From NCBI GenBank assembly GCA_002633005.1, contig NMRA01000347.1:343311-407310 (forward strand): 64,000 nt of DNA, written 5' to 3'. This DNA comes from Phoronis australis. Taxonomy: Eukaryota > Animalia > Phoronida. The notes beneath the pieces were generated by a model. That model was not told the origin of the DNA, searched no databases, and worked only from the letters and a program-made list of their open reading frames with translations. The position numbers were made by a program, and so were the translations under genes. This document shows, piece by piece, positions 36,943-51,057 of this stretch. Position 1 is the first letter of the stretch, and every line of letters starts with the position of its first letter.

Positions 36943-39900
36943 CTTCAATACAATCTTCTATCGATACCTTCGTCCTTTCCGCGTGGCGAGATCTTGACAC
37001 GTCTGCCTTACTTGCCCACGATATCACTTATAACAGAGGCGGGGGTCGATAACAACCTGTTGAGATCTAGGAAACCATGCTGCGCCGTCTGGATGAATGA
37101 CAACTCACGAATAAATATGAGTCACTGCCGAACGTGCCTAAGAATAGCTCGTTTAGGTTCCCCCACCTTTGTGAATACACGGTCAACAGTAATGACAACT
37201 TGTAATAGAAATTCCTCACTTTTGTTCAGGGTTCCCGTTTTCAAAGGGAGGGCCAGTTGAACTGTTGCCGTCTGAAAAAACAAAAAACAGAAGTTCATAC
37301 AAAAGGTGTTTAGAGCAAACTGGGGTCAATCAGTTCAACAGAGGCATGCAGTTTAGAATTATAATTTCATGCTCGTTAAACAAATATTTTGGACACGCGT
37401 ACACCATGCCCCGGCTTTTGGTAGTCCTTCGGTTTGCTATAATAACGCTCCTTGCGATAGACCACAGGACCGTTGTTTGAAATAATTTGACCAAAAACAA
37501 AAATCCGGTGAATGCACAGTAGTATAGGTCTCTTAGTAATCATCTAAAATGGACCGTAAGTCCGCTACCTTACGCCCACAACAACCCCAGACAAATTGGT
37601 AGATCGATACGTTTGCTGAACCGTGTTCTAGGGCTGTGCCGACAAGGTTGAGCCTCAGAACTGGAATGGCGGTATACATTGCGTTCATAACCTTTTATTG
37701 AAAATTCAAATCAATCCCTCCCATCCTCTGGAATGTGTTCGAACATGAGAACACAAAGTTTAACCAGGACACGTATAGCTATGCCTTGCTGTAAGACCAA
37801 TGGGCTGAGTACTAAATATCATACTATAAGTTGGAAAGACTTCCGCCCTGGCTAACTGAAAACGGGGGGCAGTGTCACAAATTTACAACACTAGAATACA
37901 TTCACATCAGGTGTATCCAAACTGCTGCATGCACGCGCAGGCCAAGACATGATCTCGCGTCAAAGCATTGGAATGTTGACTAATCGTACTACGAATTCAC
38001 GACTTGTCGACTATCACCATGAACTATATTAGAATCCATGTTACAGTTGACGACAAATACATATGAACATGCACATTTTTTGACCATCAACTCATTCTGA
38101 TTAAAAGCCTGATATTTACCTTACTTGCCGTTTCCCCATTCGGTCAACTCAACGTGCATACATTGAATAAAAGTCTATTTACCCTTACCGACACTGTAAT
38201 GGTGACATTTAGCGCAATGTTTTCACCATTATTCACGAAGCGTCTGCATTGTTGAAACGCCGGCGTATGAACGGGCAATGATGCGAAACGCGCATATCTT
38301 AATCTATTGTGTGTGAATCGCTAGATAGCTGAAGAGCTTTCCTGCGGATTTTTGTTGAAAAGAACAATTAACCAATTTCAAGACTACACGCCATATACAC
38401 TGATGCAAAGTATGTATAGATTTGCCTAAAATGCATACTGATAAATAGATCCAGTTGTCGTGTGAGTTTAACGAGGCCATAGTACTGTGCCTTGGATTTC
38501 GTTTGGTGGTCCCATGTTTGCATCAACCTTTCTCTCCGTTTGAGGGAGCATTTCGGGATTTCGTGGGTAACTTGCCGACCGACAGTGATCGCCGCCAAAT
38601 GGCAATAACTTTTTACTAAAATTGTGTTGAAACAAAGAAAGCCCCACACATTCAAACGTACTTGCCAATATATTTTGTCCTTTGGGTATTGTTAGATCCT
38701 TTACATTTGCAATTAAAAATTCAATGCTACTTTAACCATATTTTCTTGGCCACATGCTAATGATCGTCCGTTAAACAGCCACGCTTTTTACGGCCAACAT
38801 CACAAATTCATAGTCAGGTGACCGATAATATGCATAACAAGGATAAAAAATAATGGGGAGATGGTTTAAGTTTTGGCAATGCATTGATATACCCAAACTA
38901 TTATCAAGAGGTAAATCTGTTTCCATTTATATTAATAGTAAATTTGTTTTATCGGTCAACAAGTAAATCCATTGAACAGCTCCTTTAGAGAATAATCGCC
39001 TGTGTGACTGCGACATCCACAGGTATTGCATTCCCTAGGACTTCCCCCGCGGCGTTCTCGCGCGCGCCATTCTTGGGGGACCATGAAGCCACCAAGTATC
39101 CTCACGTTACAGCGTACTGATGCTCTTGTGCACAGGGTTTTATTCGAACTGGTATTTTCAACGACTTTGTCGCAGTCGGATTTGTACGTGGCTCCAGTAA
39201 CAATGAAATGTCACGAGTCTAGTTACATGCCACAGCGTAGGCAACACATTGCGGGGCACTGACGCGTCGGTCTACTTTTTTCCAAGTACTACCACTTTTC
39301 TACTGAAGGTAGCGCTGTGACGCAGCAAAGTGCTCACAACTCTCCACTGTTGGCGACTGTGCAATCCATTGAGAGAGTGAAACAAAGCTTTTAGGCATCT
39401 ATTTAGCTGAGTTTTTAAAGTTTTCTGAGCATGTCCATTTCATAAGCGAAAATTCCATGCAAGCTGTGTTCTTTATCGTATACGTCGTTATCTTGATTTG
39501 CCATCTAAACTGAAAATTGTAAACGCCTTCCCAAATCTCATCTTACACATTGTTCGTTATCACGGTATTGTTGTGACGTTCAAAACTCTAATTAACTTGA
39601 GAAGGTATTCTTCAGGGCGTTGAGCTTTACTTTCAATGGCTACACGACATCTTATGCAAGTCAACTATAGGATAAAGAAACGGTGTTTTCCCTGTAGCCA
39701 GTCATGAGACCGATCGTGTTTTTAAGTTTAGAACTGCAAACAACATTGATCCTTACAGCCTTGGCAATATTTCCATTTCGTTCATAAGTATGGTTTGCGG
39801 TGAAGCACCATCTCTCGCAACTCACGGATAACAACGCGTCAACGCATGGTTGTGACTTATCGATGTACCGTGGAAATTAAATTGAATACATTGCCAAATA

Positions 39901-40710
39901 CTAGCATAAAGACGTCTACCACTGCTTATGAAGCCAACCTGTGAAATATTCATACTTGCGATTCCACTTATTGCGGTTGCCATTACCTTATAATAGACTT
40001 CTGCTGATTCTTTTGATATTTCAGTGCAGTCCTCTGCATGCATTGGTTATGGTTGGTCCTTCATTCTACAATATGTATCTCTTGTGTCGCGCGCTACTCT
40101 AGTATTACTATTCCTTCGTGGCTGTAACGTAACCATAAGCATTGGAAAGATAGTCTTAAAATTGATCGTATTTCTTCTCTGTTATTACGTCTTTGTGGTC
40201 GCATCTCGTGTTTCGTGTTCATGTTTCCTAGTTATAAGCTCTATATATGCGAATACTATGGAATTTCTCGCCGGATTGCTTGCTTGCTTGAATGCTTGCT
40301 TACACGTACTTAGACACTGTACGTATTTACTAACTTACTTACACACGTGTACTTACTTACTTAGAACAATAGAAGGTAAGTGTTAACCTATGGTGGCACT
40401 GTGAAGTTTTGCAGCTTCGGGCAATTTGTGCTCATAGAAAATATAGTGTGTAGTAGGTCAGGTTTCGGCGCCGTTTTAAGTCCAATAATTCTGGTTTGCT
40501 TGTGCTCGTGAATCAGAAATCACTGTACATCTCACTTCATTTACTGACAGAATAGCAGCTCCCTGTAGCAGAGCTGCATTGTAGTGCATTGATTGGGGAA
40601 TATGTTGCCACCAACTCAGAATTGCAAAAATTCGGACTTGGTCTCGCGTCCTTTGGATCACATTTGTGCAATCTACACGAAACTTTCTTTCGGAATCTAA
40701 TGTTAGCTGG

Positions 40711-40956
40711 CAGAAGCGGATCTACGGGGGATTCACCCCCCTCCCCCTCGGGACAGGATCTAAAATAAAAATTTAAAAAATGTCGCCAGAAAAACGAAAT
40801 AAGCTACTAAAACCAAAAAAATGTAACATAGGAGGAGGGAAATCCCCTCCAGACCATCCCTCCCTTCCGCTCGGCGCAACGTGCCTCGGATTAGCGCCAA
40901 TCCTAACCGCNCCCCCCCCCCCCCCCCGTTACCGAAAACGTACAGATCTGCCACTG
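40711..40956. mobile_element. GC-rich MITE with CAGTGGC(G/A)GATCT-type TIRs
   Basis: CAGAAGCGGATCTACGGGGG ... ACAGATCTGCCACTG, with poly-C tracts and an N at 40911. Confidence 0.5.
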
Positions 40957-41835
40957 TGCTCGTGTCAATGTTTGACAGTGAAGTGCAAGTCAATGTTGCT
41001 GTCACGTTCGTTTCGTGTGGGCGTGGCTTCGCCTTTTGGGTGGAAGCGAAACGAGCGGAAACACGAGTCACAATGAAGTTTCTGTGATCATGTGTTCTTA
41101 GCGTTCTTCACCGAGATGAAATGACTCCTAACCTTTCGTTTTGTTCATAGCTCTCGCCAGAGGGGAAACAAATGCGACATCTCCTCCCGCAGTAATGCGT
41201 GCACAGGCCTGGCAACTGGAGACGCAGTGAGATTTGAACAGTGCTTCCATTATGCGGGCATTCACCTTGGTAATCCAACACGAGCCTACCTTACACCATA
41301 TACTTAGATCTGGCCAGATTGCCTCCGTTATAACCACACATGGTGTTTCCAGACCAACAAAGCGTGGCATTATTTTGTACTATCGGGTATCAAAAGCAAC
41401 ATGCCAAATGAACATCGATCAATTCTGCTTTTGTTCAACCAGTCTTCAGTTTGCTCCTCGTTCTCGTAAATCATCTCTTTGTCAACCTATGTTTCAGCGG
41501 ACTCGCGATGAATGTTCATTTCCACCACATGTTGCGTGGCACGTTGTTCTAGGGGAGCCGACATGTGGGCGAGACGGTTTCGCCACCTAGAGTTGTACAT
41601 TAAGTGATCATTTACATGACAGTGTATGGTGGTCCAAGCATGCATGGATGTTGGTAGCTCAAACAACCACACGAAAACATATACTTGGCAAAATCGCGTT
41701 GGCTGATCGGAAGACACATGTATATAGTGACGTACCTGAGGTCCGTTCCTCACCATGAAACAATCAAACGTTAAAAGCGACTTTCAATAAAAGCGTTAAC
41801 ACTCATATTTTGGTGAAATAAATGTTTGATCACTC

Positions 41836-42013
41836 CGATCAAGTTTGAGTCTGATACTGGAATAACAACTTACAAAAATTAGCGACGTTGCGTCCGCATC
41901 CGTCACGGACTTCAGCTAACGTCGCTAATTTTTGTACATAAGTTGTTATTCCAGTATTAGACTCAAACTTGACCTGTTTTCTCAACTGGATGTCTCAAAT
42001 TTTCATGTTTTCA
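41836..42013. mobile_element. Foldback insertion, probably a Penelope-like element remnant with an 11-bp target-site duplication
   Basis: About 51-bp inverted arms (41839-41889 / 41918-41972). Direct repeat TTTGATCACTC at 41825-41835 and 42014-42024. Degenerate hammerhead-like core in the loop. Confidence 0.55.
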
Positions 42014-42375
42014 TTTGATCACTCTCTTCGAGACATTCTGTGGCAGGCACTTTGCCTGTCCACTATCTGGTTAAGTAGAACCACTTAATTGTTAGGCCTA
42101 TATCCGGCTTCTGGTAAGTGAACCCAAGATGCTATATAAGAGGATACCGAACTCTGTTTTAGTCTATTAAAACATATTAAAAACGACTTCCCAATCCAAA
42201 ACAATGTTTTGTAACCCTTGACAACTCTCAAAGGTTTGGAATTAAATTTGAAAACTCCTAACGAAATCGCCTATACGGATAAGCGTGACCTGCGCTTCTA
42301 GCGAGTTACGTGACAACTGTGGGGAGAGACAACCCACCGAGAACCATAATGTTCAATGTGGGACACAGACTGTAT

Positions 42376-43885
42376 CAGCCAATTTCATAAAGGTGGTTTA
42401 ACAAAACCCGATTTAAGACTTAGAACTGGTCTTCCTACACCTGGTCTAATTCTAGACCTAACTTGCATTTCACCAACATGATTTAAAAGTCTGAAAGCCT
42501 GGTTTTGTTAGACCGTGAAGCGAGTTTAGTAAAACTATGTTTAAAGTATCCAGCCACCCTACTGTGTTGATCCCGATTAACCCAACACAGAAACTATGGA
42601 AGTGCTTCAATGAAACCTTGATCACGTGGGTACACAATGACACACAGCAGTAGAATCAGTGCAGACATTTGCGACAAAGGGCTAAAAAGCTTTTCTCACG
42701 AGGAAAAAGCCAATGTAAAAGTCAGCAACAAGAAAATTGGGACCAAACCAAGTCAACGTAAGTAGCAGGCTTGGAGAGATACTGATCCAGAATAAAGGCC
42801 AGAAAATAAAATTTAATCACTGAAAAATTGCAAGGAAAAACGGCGAGGGACCCAGAGGCAGATCTACGATATCATGAGGAGATATTTTTTTCATTTTGTA
42901 TTGTCTGTGTCTAACACAAGTACAAACATTAATGTACTTGTTCACGATTAACTGCAACATAGTAAATGCTTACGTTTATTTCCATGTCATTTACTTTTTT
43001 GCTGCTAAAGAAATGGGGGGGAGCACAGGGGGAGGATCTAGGATTTTGAGTTAGGGAGGCCAGTGCAGAGTATTAGTCAGGATTTTGCCCGTCAGACATT
43101 CGCACCCCCGAACTGCCAAATGGAATTTGGGAGAGTTTTAGGGGGCATGGTCCCGCTGGCCCCCCTCTAAATCCGCCATTGGGGCAGGACCCCTGCCCGG
43201 CAACCTTAAACCGGGGACAAATTGTGATGGAACTCGGCCAGAATAATCATTAGGTGTCTTTTTATTCATACGCATAGCGCTTGCGACGATGAAGCTCTGC
43301 TCGAATCGTCAGATTCTGAGGAATTCAAAGGATACCCTTCAGTACTTACTGGTCTACGTATAGGCAGATCCAGGGGTTCAAGGGGTCCGGACCCCTTTCC
43401 CATGATTTAAGTGATATCAAATCTATAATTCTAAATTTTTGACCCAGGCCTTCCTTTCAAAAATCCTTGATCCGACCCCCCCCCCCTTTAAAAATTCTTG
43501 GTCCCCCCTATTACGTTTGATCTTGTGTCGTCCTAAAACTGAATATTGAAAATAGTCCGTCCTCGCTCTAAAACTGCGACATAAATGCACACCACAGCAT
43601 CATTCGGTTTTACTTTTATTGTACAAGTTTCCCTTATTAAACCTGGGTCTGACCAAGTCTAAAGTTAAACAGGGTTTAAGATCTTAATAGAGGTCTAATT
43701 AATATACACCTCGTTAGTGAACTGAAAACTGACTTAGATCAGGTCTAAACTGGAGTTAAGCCAGGTTTTACTAAACCACTGGTCTAAAAGTTAAACCACC
43801 TTATGAAATGCAGATTATCTTTACATCAGGTCTAAGACCAGTTTAAACCAGGTTTAACTTTTAACCACCTTTATGAAATCGGCTG
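42376..43885 (+). mobile_element. Internally deleted PIF/Harbinger DNA transposon
   Basis: TIR CAGCC(A/G)ATTTCATAAAGGTGGTT at both ends and 3-bp TSD TAT (42373-42375 / 43886-43888). Myb/SANT-like remnant RQRAK.SFSHEEK...RK*QAW at about 42672-42780. Subterminal GGTCTAA/AAACC arrays. Confidence 0.8.
43026..43181 (-). mobile_element. About 150-bp MITE family, copy 2 (nested in the Harbinger element)
   Basis: Reverse complement of 48217-48367. Confidence 0.75.
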
Positions 43886-46800
43886 TATGGGTCTAGTAGC
43901 CATTCCGCCAGATGCCGCTGTGACCCTACTTTTGGAAGCCAATGGTGCATTAACGGTTGAGAGCACGAGGAATGGTTGAAATCACCAAAATCAGCGCTTA
44001 GTATCCTAATGATGCGAAATCGTAATCAGTGAGAAATTATTTAGAATCGCTTCGCCAGTCAAAACGGTGTTTTTATGACGCGTTATCGTACACACTCTGA
44101 AGGTCTATCAATCTTTGTATCCACGTCAATCATCCAGGCGGTGACCAGGGCCCAGGACATAGTCTTTCTATTCCGACATTATTTTTGGCATATTCTAGCA
44201 AGATCCACATGCATTGTCGAAATTGGAAATACAATATCATAAAACAATCAGATGTAGCTAGCTTGAACTCATAAAAATTGTTCCTTAGAAGTATGTTGAT
44301 TTTATATGAGCAAAATGATGATTTATATTAATATTTTTCAGTGAAGTCTTCAGTCATGCACAATAAATAAACCACGGTAGTGTTATACCAAAATATTATT
44401 TAGATATGTTATCATACGAAAATTAAATCAGATAGTTTTAGTCAACTCGAGGTCATACCAAGTTCAAACAATGATAACTTCGAACTTCCCTACTAATAAG
44501 GTCGTCGTTCCATTCTTGTACATCCAGAGTCATGAGACTAAACGGCAAATTAATTGACTTGTGAAACGTAGTAAAGCATGTGAGCGGCAGTTGACTATGA
44601 CTAACAGTATCTTAGACAGACACTAAGCGTCTCTTGATCGTGATTTTTGCCTACGTACACACCGTTCTATGCCAACTTATAATGCAAATGTGGAGGACGC
44701 AGACATTTACAAAAAGAGTTGCACCAGTCACAAAATGCTTCCTTGGTAGCAAATACAGATGTTACATTCTAGTGTGACCATGCTTCATCCGGGTACTGTT
44801 AATCATAAACCAATGATGAGAGTGCTGCTCACTTAATGACCTGCTAGTAGTTACGTCATTATCATGACGCAAGTGTGAGCAGAATAACTGAGAATTTAAA
44901 ACGTTAATAACTTTGGCGATTCCTATCTGCCCACAGGTGAAAAAATATAAAACTTGTCTGCCTTCTCGATGCCTGAAGGTCCCAGAAATCATGCAGTAGA
45001 GATTAGTACATATGTGTTTACACCAAACAATTTATGAGGCAACATCGCAATGGATGTATCAATAAACACACCCACATATGGACATACGTTTTTAACAGAC
45101 ATTTAGAGAAAAATACAAACACTTTAAGGTACAAAGTTTTGGTGATGTTCACGGACTGAATCTTCGTAAGAGTTTATAGTGCTTCACATATTTTGTGTTG
45201 CGGTATCGTGTCCACTGATTTACTGTTTTCAGTCCTTCGACTTAGAACTCTTAATTGCTACGACAATTATCTCAGTGCCCTTAACTCCGGCCACACGAGC
45301 ATGACTTGGATACAGGAGCTGTGGTAATGAGTGGGCCCGGCATGCTTGTGTACTCAATTTCTGAAAGCACACCTAGGCGTACTCTTTAAACTGCAATTGT
45401 AAACCATCAGTTCTGACGATTTTCAATAGATCTAATTGATATTCAAAAACTTTATACCCACCTGGTAGAGATGTTAGTATTTTGACGCCCTAATCAATAA
45501 AATATAATCCCCAGAGCACACATGTACTTGCAAGTAGGCTATGTCACTGGCATTCGCACCCGAGAGCGTCGCTCGCTCTGACTCGGGCCGGTTACGTAAC
45601 GGACGGCTACATGCGTATTGTACTCAGACTTTGTGCTGAAGCGCTTGTCCTCTCGATGACGTTCCTTTTATTTCACCCCCATTCACATTGTAAATACCTT
45701 TTGTCACTTCTGACTGTGTGTCGCTGAACCACCGGGATAGCATTGGGGTTCTGACAAAACTCTCGACAGGACAGTCCCCGCCGAGTCGATGAATGCCAGA
45801 CAGGGCTCCGCGGGACCACTGAATCGTAACGTTTTTATAACATTATGAAGCAGCATTACATACAAAAGGCTAAGATTTAGCTTTTTTGTGGTGTCACGTT
45901 GTGCATGCCTCTTAACGGCAGGTGATTCAATACTTTTAAACAATGGAGCGATTTCTCTCACCTTTTTCTCTCAAGTCATCATTTTGCTTGTTTTTGGTCT
46001 ATGACACGTTTCCTTATGATGGATTAAATATTTCTTTTATTTATTCTGCGAATTGTATCTGTTGTTAAAACTAACTTCGAATTAATATTGGTTTGACAAG
46101 CCGTAGTAACAATGGTTCACGGTTTTGGTGGCACTGAACAGACCGAAATGTTAAAATCTATGGGTAGGCCAGGCTTGGGGGCATTTTGGTTAGGTATTGT
46201 ATGTAGGCCAAGTAAATTTGGTTTGTTTGTAATTGTGAACATGCTGAGAATTAAAAAAGGCCACATTCTTGGCTGTAGTTGCACTTTTCAAGATGGTGGC
46301 CCCCTGTTGCGGTTGTGCATTGCTGTATAGCAACTGAGAAATTGGCCGCGATTTCAGGTAGCCCTCAAAACTAGTTGGTTGACAGTACTTTTGGACCACA
46401 TTTTTGGAATCGGTAGGAATGTTGCTTTCGGAATCTAATGTTGGCTTTAGTCGAGCATCGGCAGGGAAGTGGTGGTTTTGGGGTGAAAAGTGCCAATTTT
46501 GCATTTTTTGTCCTTATTTTTCAAAGTTTCTGGGCTCATCTGTAGGACTTGTGATGTGAAATGACTCATAACTTTTCTTTATTTGCATGGAGTTTTTGAC
46601 AGAGTGAAGAAAGGGTGAAGAGTCCATTGAAGTGTGTTCTGATAGGCAAATCCCTGTAAGAACTGTTCAGTGCCTCTTTTTCTAGCCATGGCTCTGGTCC
46701 AGATTTGTCTCCCCTGATTCACACTGTTCACTCCGGCGACGCCAAATAAGAGAGACAAGTCCTATACTCCTGAGTAAATTCGGATAACAACCGATTACTC

Positions 46801-48216
46801 TCTATTACTTACTCAACAATGCTAAACACAACTCAGAATAATAGAAACATTTCTACCACGCCCGCTGATGAGACAATATTTGAAATTGTTTTGCTTACAA
46901 CATTTTTAGTGACCGTGCACTTGCAAAGTCGTCCTGTTTTTGTTTTAGGCTACATTTTTGCCAGTTCTACGGTAGGCAAGAGCTACTGATGAATAAAGCA
47001 AATGTTTAAAAGATGATCACTGAACTTTTCCTTATGTTCGCTGGAAAAACACGGAGGATATCACACATCCCGGTAACAGGGCTACTCTGAGAACATAGAC
47101 CCAAAAATACCGAACTCGGGACTGTTAAAAACATACATTCAAGTTCTCCGAAATAAAAGTCTAGCTCTGGTCAACGGGCCATGACGCGCACGATCGACAA
47201 CCTCTAGTTAGTTTCCCATGACGCAGACACAAATCGGAACAGGATTCAATCTCAGTCGACGAAAAACCAGTAAGCTTGCGTTCCCAGTCACACCCGGCTA
47301 GCACATAAGAAAGCAATGTCATATTGAATGTACTTCGTTCATTTCAGATCTGCTTTCCTCATACATGTATATGACCACGGTCAAAAATTCAACTAAACAC
47401 TGAAAAATCTTCAACTCCAACTGGGAATCGAACCACAGGTTTGTGGATTGCCGGTATATATTTATTTGATAAATTTTATTACTGGCCAACATCAGCGTCT
47501 GAATTTACTATGTCCAAATTTCAGATCTCCTACTTTTGCATGTCATCATTACTTCCCCTGAACCATAATAACTGGTGAAACACAAACAACATCAGTGCTG
47601 GATTCTTATTCTAGCGGCTAAAAAGTAACAATATAGAAATACTGCTGCGATACTCACCAAGATCTAAACCAAGCAACAAATATTTTCAGGTTTATGGATA
47701 CCTGGACCGCATTCGCAGCTGACAGGTTGTCCTTTTCCTAACCTGTCTAAACTGAAGGTCAGCTAAACTGCCGTGACGTTATCACTTTTTTGCAAACACC
47801 ACATCGCCATAAAATTCGTTTAATCCCGGTCACGAGTGACAAGCCTGTGTACTCTCGAATAATTTTGATATCGAAACAGCCCGTGAATAAACGAATAGCG
47901 ATGACTGTATAAATATTAGACACACGGGACAGGATTGTAAACCCAATGTCTGTCAGTGCTCGTAAGACACTCCTGGGCCTTCATGTTTGCTGTTTGCTCA
48001 CTGTCGCTAGGTATTGACACAAGCCCTTAGGAAGGCAAAAATTATGGGGGTGGGCACAAACCATTTCGACTTCGCCAAACACGTACCCTCCCCTCGCCAA
48101 ACACGTACCCCCCCCCCCCTTGCCACCACCTCCCCCACCCCCATCCCTCGTTCCCGTGCTCCCGATGCCACCATATTTGTACCGAATCTCCCACGACCCC
48201 CTATAGGTGGGGGGCA

Positions 48217-48367
48217 CAGTGGCGGATTTAGGGGTGCCCAAGGGGTCATGGCCCCCTAAAATTCTCCCAGATTCCATTTGGCAGTTCGGGGGTGCGAATT
48301 TCTGACGGGTAAATCCCTGGCTAACACTCTGCCCTGCCCCCAACTCAAAATCCTGGATCCGCCACCG
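48217..48367 (+). mobile_element. About 150-bp MITE family, copy 3 (best preserved)
   Basis: TIRs CAGTGGCGGAT ... ATCCGCCACCG. Confidence 0.8.
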
Positions 48368-50448
48368 GGATAATCCCGGGCCGGGATGAAGCCATCAAGA
48401 GTTGAGTAAAAAACCAGAACGGAGAGTAAGAATGGGCCTAAGACCAGTACACGGACCGGTAGCGAGGAGCTGCCTCAAGTAGCTATAGCTGAGATCTAAC
48501 AGTGTGAAATTATGAAATTCGATCCCAATGAACTACAGCTATTTGGTCAGTGGTCAGCTCAGCTCAGCTGTGATTCACTCGAGACAGGCAACTCGATCAT
48601 ACCGGCCGTCGGCGCTAGTAGCTCCAACTAAGGTCAAGATTCGTTTTGTTGTGATTCAGTTTCGGGAAAGCTTCATTTTATTATGGTCATTCTTTGAAGG
48701 ATTTTTATTTTGAAAAGGTAAGGTCCCGAAGACCCTGGTATAGTGCCTTTGGGACTGTTTCAAAATGCCTAGCTGAAACACGAACTGTAGGCCTAGTCCA
48801 GTTTCTGGTGGCTAGGGTGGCTAAGGAAAAGGATTGTGTGTCCCAAAAATGTACACAGATCCTGAACGCCTGGAGTTCAAATTCAGTTCCCGTGGATCGC
48901 TGAGATTCTGGGCGGGCCAACTGCATGGTTACATCTTATTTTTAACTTGCGGGTACGTCAGCCATGACGTGCACGCGAATTACGACAAGCAACCAATTCA
49001 GTTTTGAAGAACAAAAATTCAGCTCAATACTACTGGAAACTAAAAGCACCAAGGAAGTGCAAAGACAACCTATCAAAGCAATGAATTTGATTTTATTTAT
49101 TTAAGGATTTTTAAAACGTTTTTTCTGTCAACGGATTGTGAGACCGAATTTCATCAATGGTCTTTGAGGGTTATTTTAGATATGCAAAAATCGTCTACAA
49201 GTGTACTTTACAATTTGGGGATCGGATTATAGTTTTCCGACTTCAGGCTGCAACTAAATTCACTGAAACATCATCAGTTCTTGCAAGATTAGCTTCTTAT
49301 TGTCAACAATTATTTATGAATCTATCGATTTTCGTAGATTTATAAACAAGTAAATCAGAAATCAACGAAATTGTTTATCAAAACGGAATGTTATAAGCAA
49401 TTTCCGCATGCATCCTTGCAGACTTTTGACGGGTAACCGGGGGAATATAGGAGATGGGGTATTCGTATTAAGGTGTATTTTTGCTCATTTCAGAGGTACC
49501 TATAACAGTTCACGAGGTAAACTTGAACTCCACTGACAAAAAACGCTGAAATCTTTGTTTACGATTGCGAGAGTTCTTTGAGTACCTCCTTTCGACGTGT
49601 ACACGGTCATCACAAATAGTAGCCTATACAGCATGAGTGTTTTCCACATGTGGGAATTCCTTGCTAACAACTCATAGTAACCATCTTCAAAAGAGATACT
49701 TTTCTAGTGATACTACGGGAAACAGTAACATTATTTTATAACTAACCATCGGAAGTCGTCCTTTTGTGTAATTCACAGTGTGGTCTTCACGTTCTTCAAA
49801 ATTAAACCCTTTCGATGACGGCAATCCTACTGTATTTTTCACATTTTTTGGTTGTTTGGGTAGAACGACTGTGCTGTGCACGAATGTTTTGTGTTTTTGT
49901 TGAATTTGGAATCTCAACTTCTATCGTGAATACTTGGCAGTGCCAGATTTACATGTATAGAAGGACAAAGGAACATTTCCCCCCGAACTTGGCTCCACCG
50001 AGAGAGGGCGTCGTCTGAAATGGGACACCTTGAGATGAAAGGCTAAACATCATTAAGCTTGGAAAAAGGAGTGACAGTGCATTACACTGTCGTGTGGTCC
50101 CAAAACGATGCAGGGAGTGAACTCCTTCAACATGAAAGCCGGTTGCAGGATTTCACAAAAAAGGAAAATAGACATTGAGCCCTCTCTCCGTGAGCGGCCC
50201 CATAAGAATCTGTCAATAAAAACACAAAACGGGTGGCCACTTGAATGTCATCAATGGCCTCCTTCAAGGGCGGGGCCCCTGGGTATGAAAACATCTACAT
50301 TTTCAAATATCAGGAAATGCGCAGCAATTGATGTTATCTGTCAGGTGATCAGTTTTTCTCAAGTAATATACAGTTTCAAGAAAAAAATAAAGCGAAAGTT
50401 GTCTGCGTTATCCCTTGCCAGAGAGGGGCCTCTAGAAAAATATAGTTC

Positions 50449-51057
50449 TGCATTCGCAAAATTGACTTATTGAAGTTAACCATCCACTAAATTAGTACGT
50501 TCCGCAAAAGCTTCACTTTACAAATTTTTTCGATTTTTCGAAATATGTGCTTGCGTTTAGACGACCTGTGCTGCAAAATCGAAGACCATAACACGACAGT
50601 GGCCTGGCCAGAGTCCTCAAAAGGTAAATAATGCACTGATGCAGATTTGTTGAATGTTCTCTTGAATTTTCTCTCTCATCCGTTTTTCGCAGTCTTTCTT
50701 TTCTCGACTGTCCCCGGCACCTCGCCTACATGTATGTCGGTTGCATTCGCAAAACTGACTTATTAAATTTAAAAATTCAGTAAATAAGTACGCTCCGCAA
50801 AAGCTTCGCTTTACAAATTCTCTCGATTTTTCGAAATATATGAATAATTGATTTCGTGCACGTTTTCACGTGCGTTTAGGCGACCTGTGCTGCAAAAGTG
50901 GAGACCCTAACGACAATGTTCCGGTCAGGGTCCTCAAAAGTTAAACCATGCACTGATGCAGAGTTGTTGAATGTTCTCTTAAAATTTCTCTCTAATCCGC
51001 ATTTCTCAGTCTTTCTTTTCTCGACTGTACCCGGCCACGCCTACATGTATGTCGGTT
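50449..51057 (+). repeat. Tandem duplication of an approximately 295-bp unit (50449-50741 and 50742-51057)
   Basis: TGCATTCGCAAAA.TGACTTATT ... CCTACATGTATGTCGGTT occurs twice, diverged, with no N between the copies. Confidence 0.85.

Noticed and set aside
46865-46895. CTGATGAGACAATATTTGAAA as a hammerhead ribozyme (also a similar minus-strand motif near 25335-25371)
   Set aside because: Stem II does not pair properly or the GAAA is missing; insufficient support.
47981-48343. Gly/Pro-rich overlapping ORFs
   Set aside because: They arise from poly-C tracts and the GC-rich MITE at 48217-48367.
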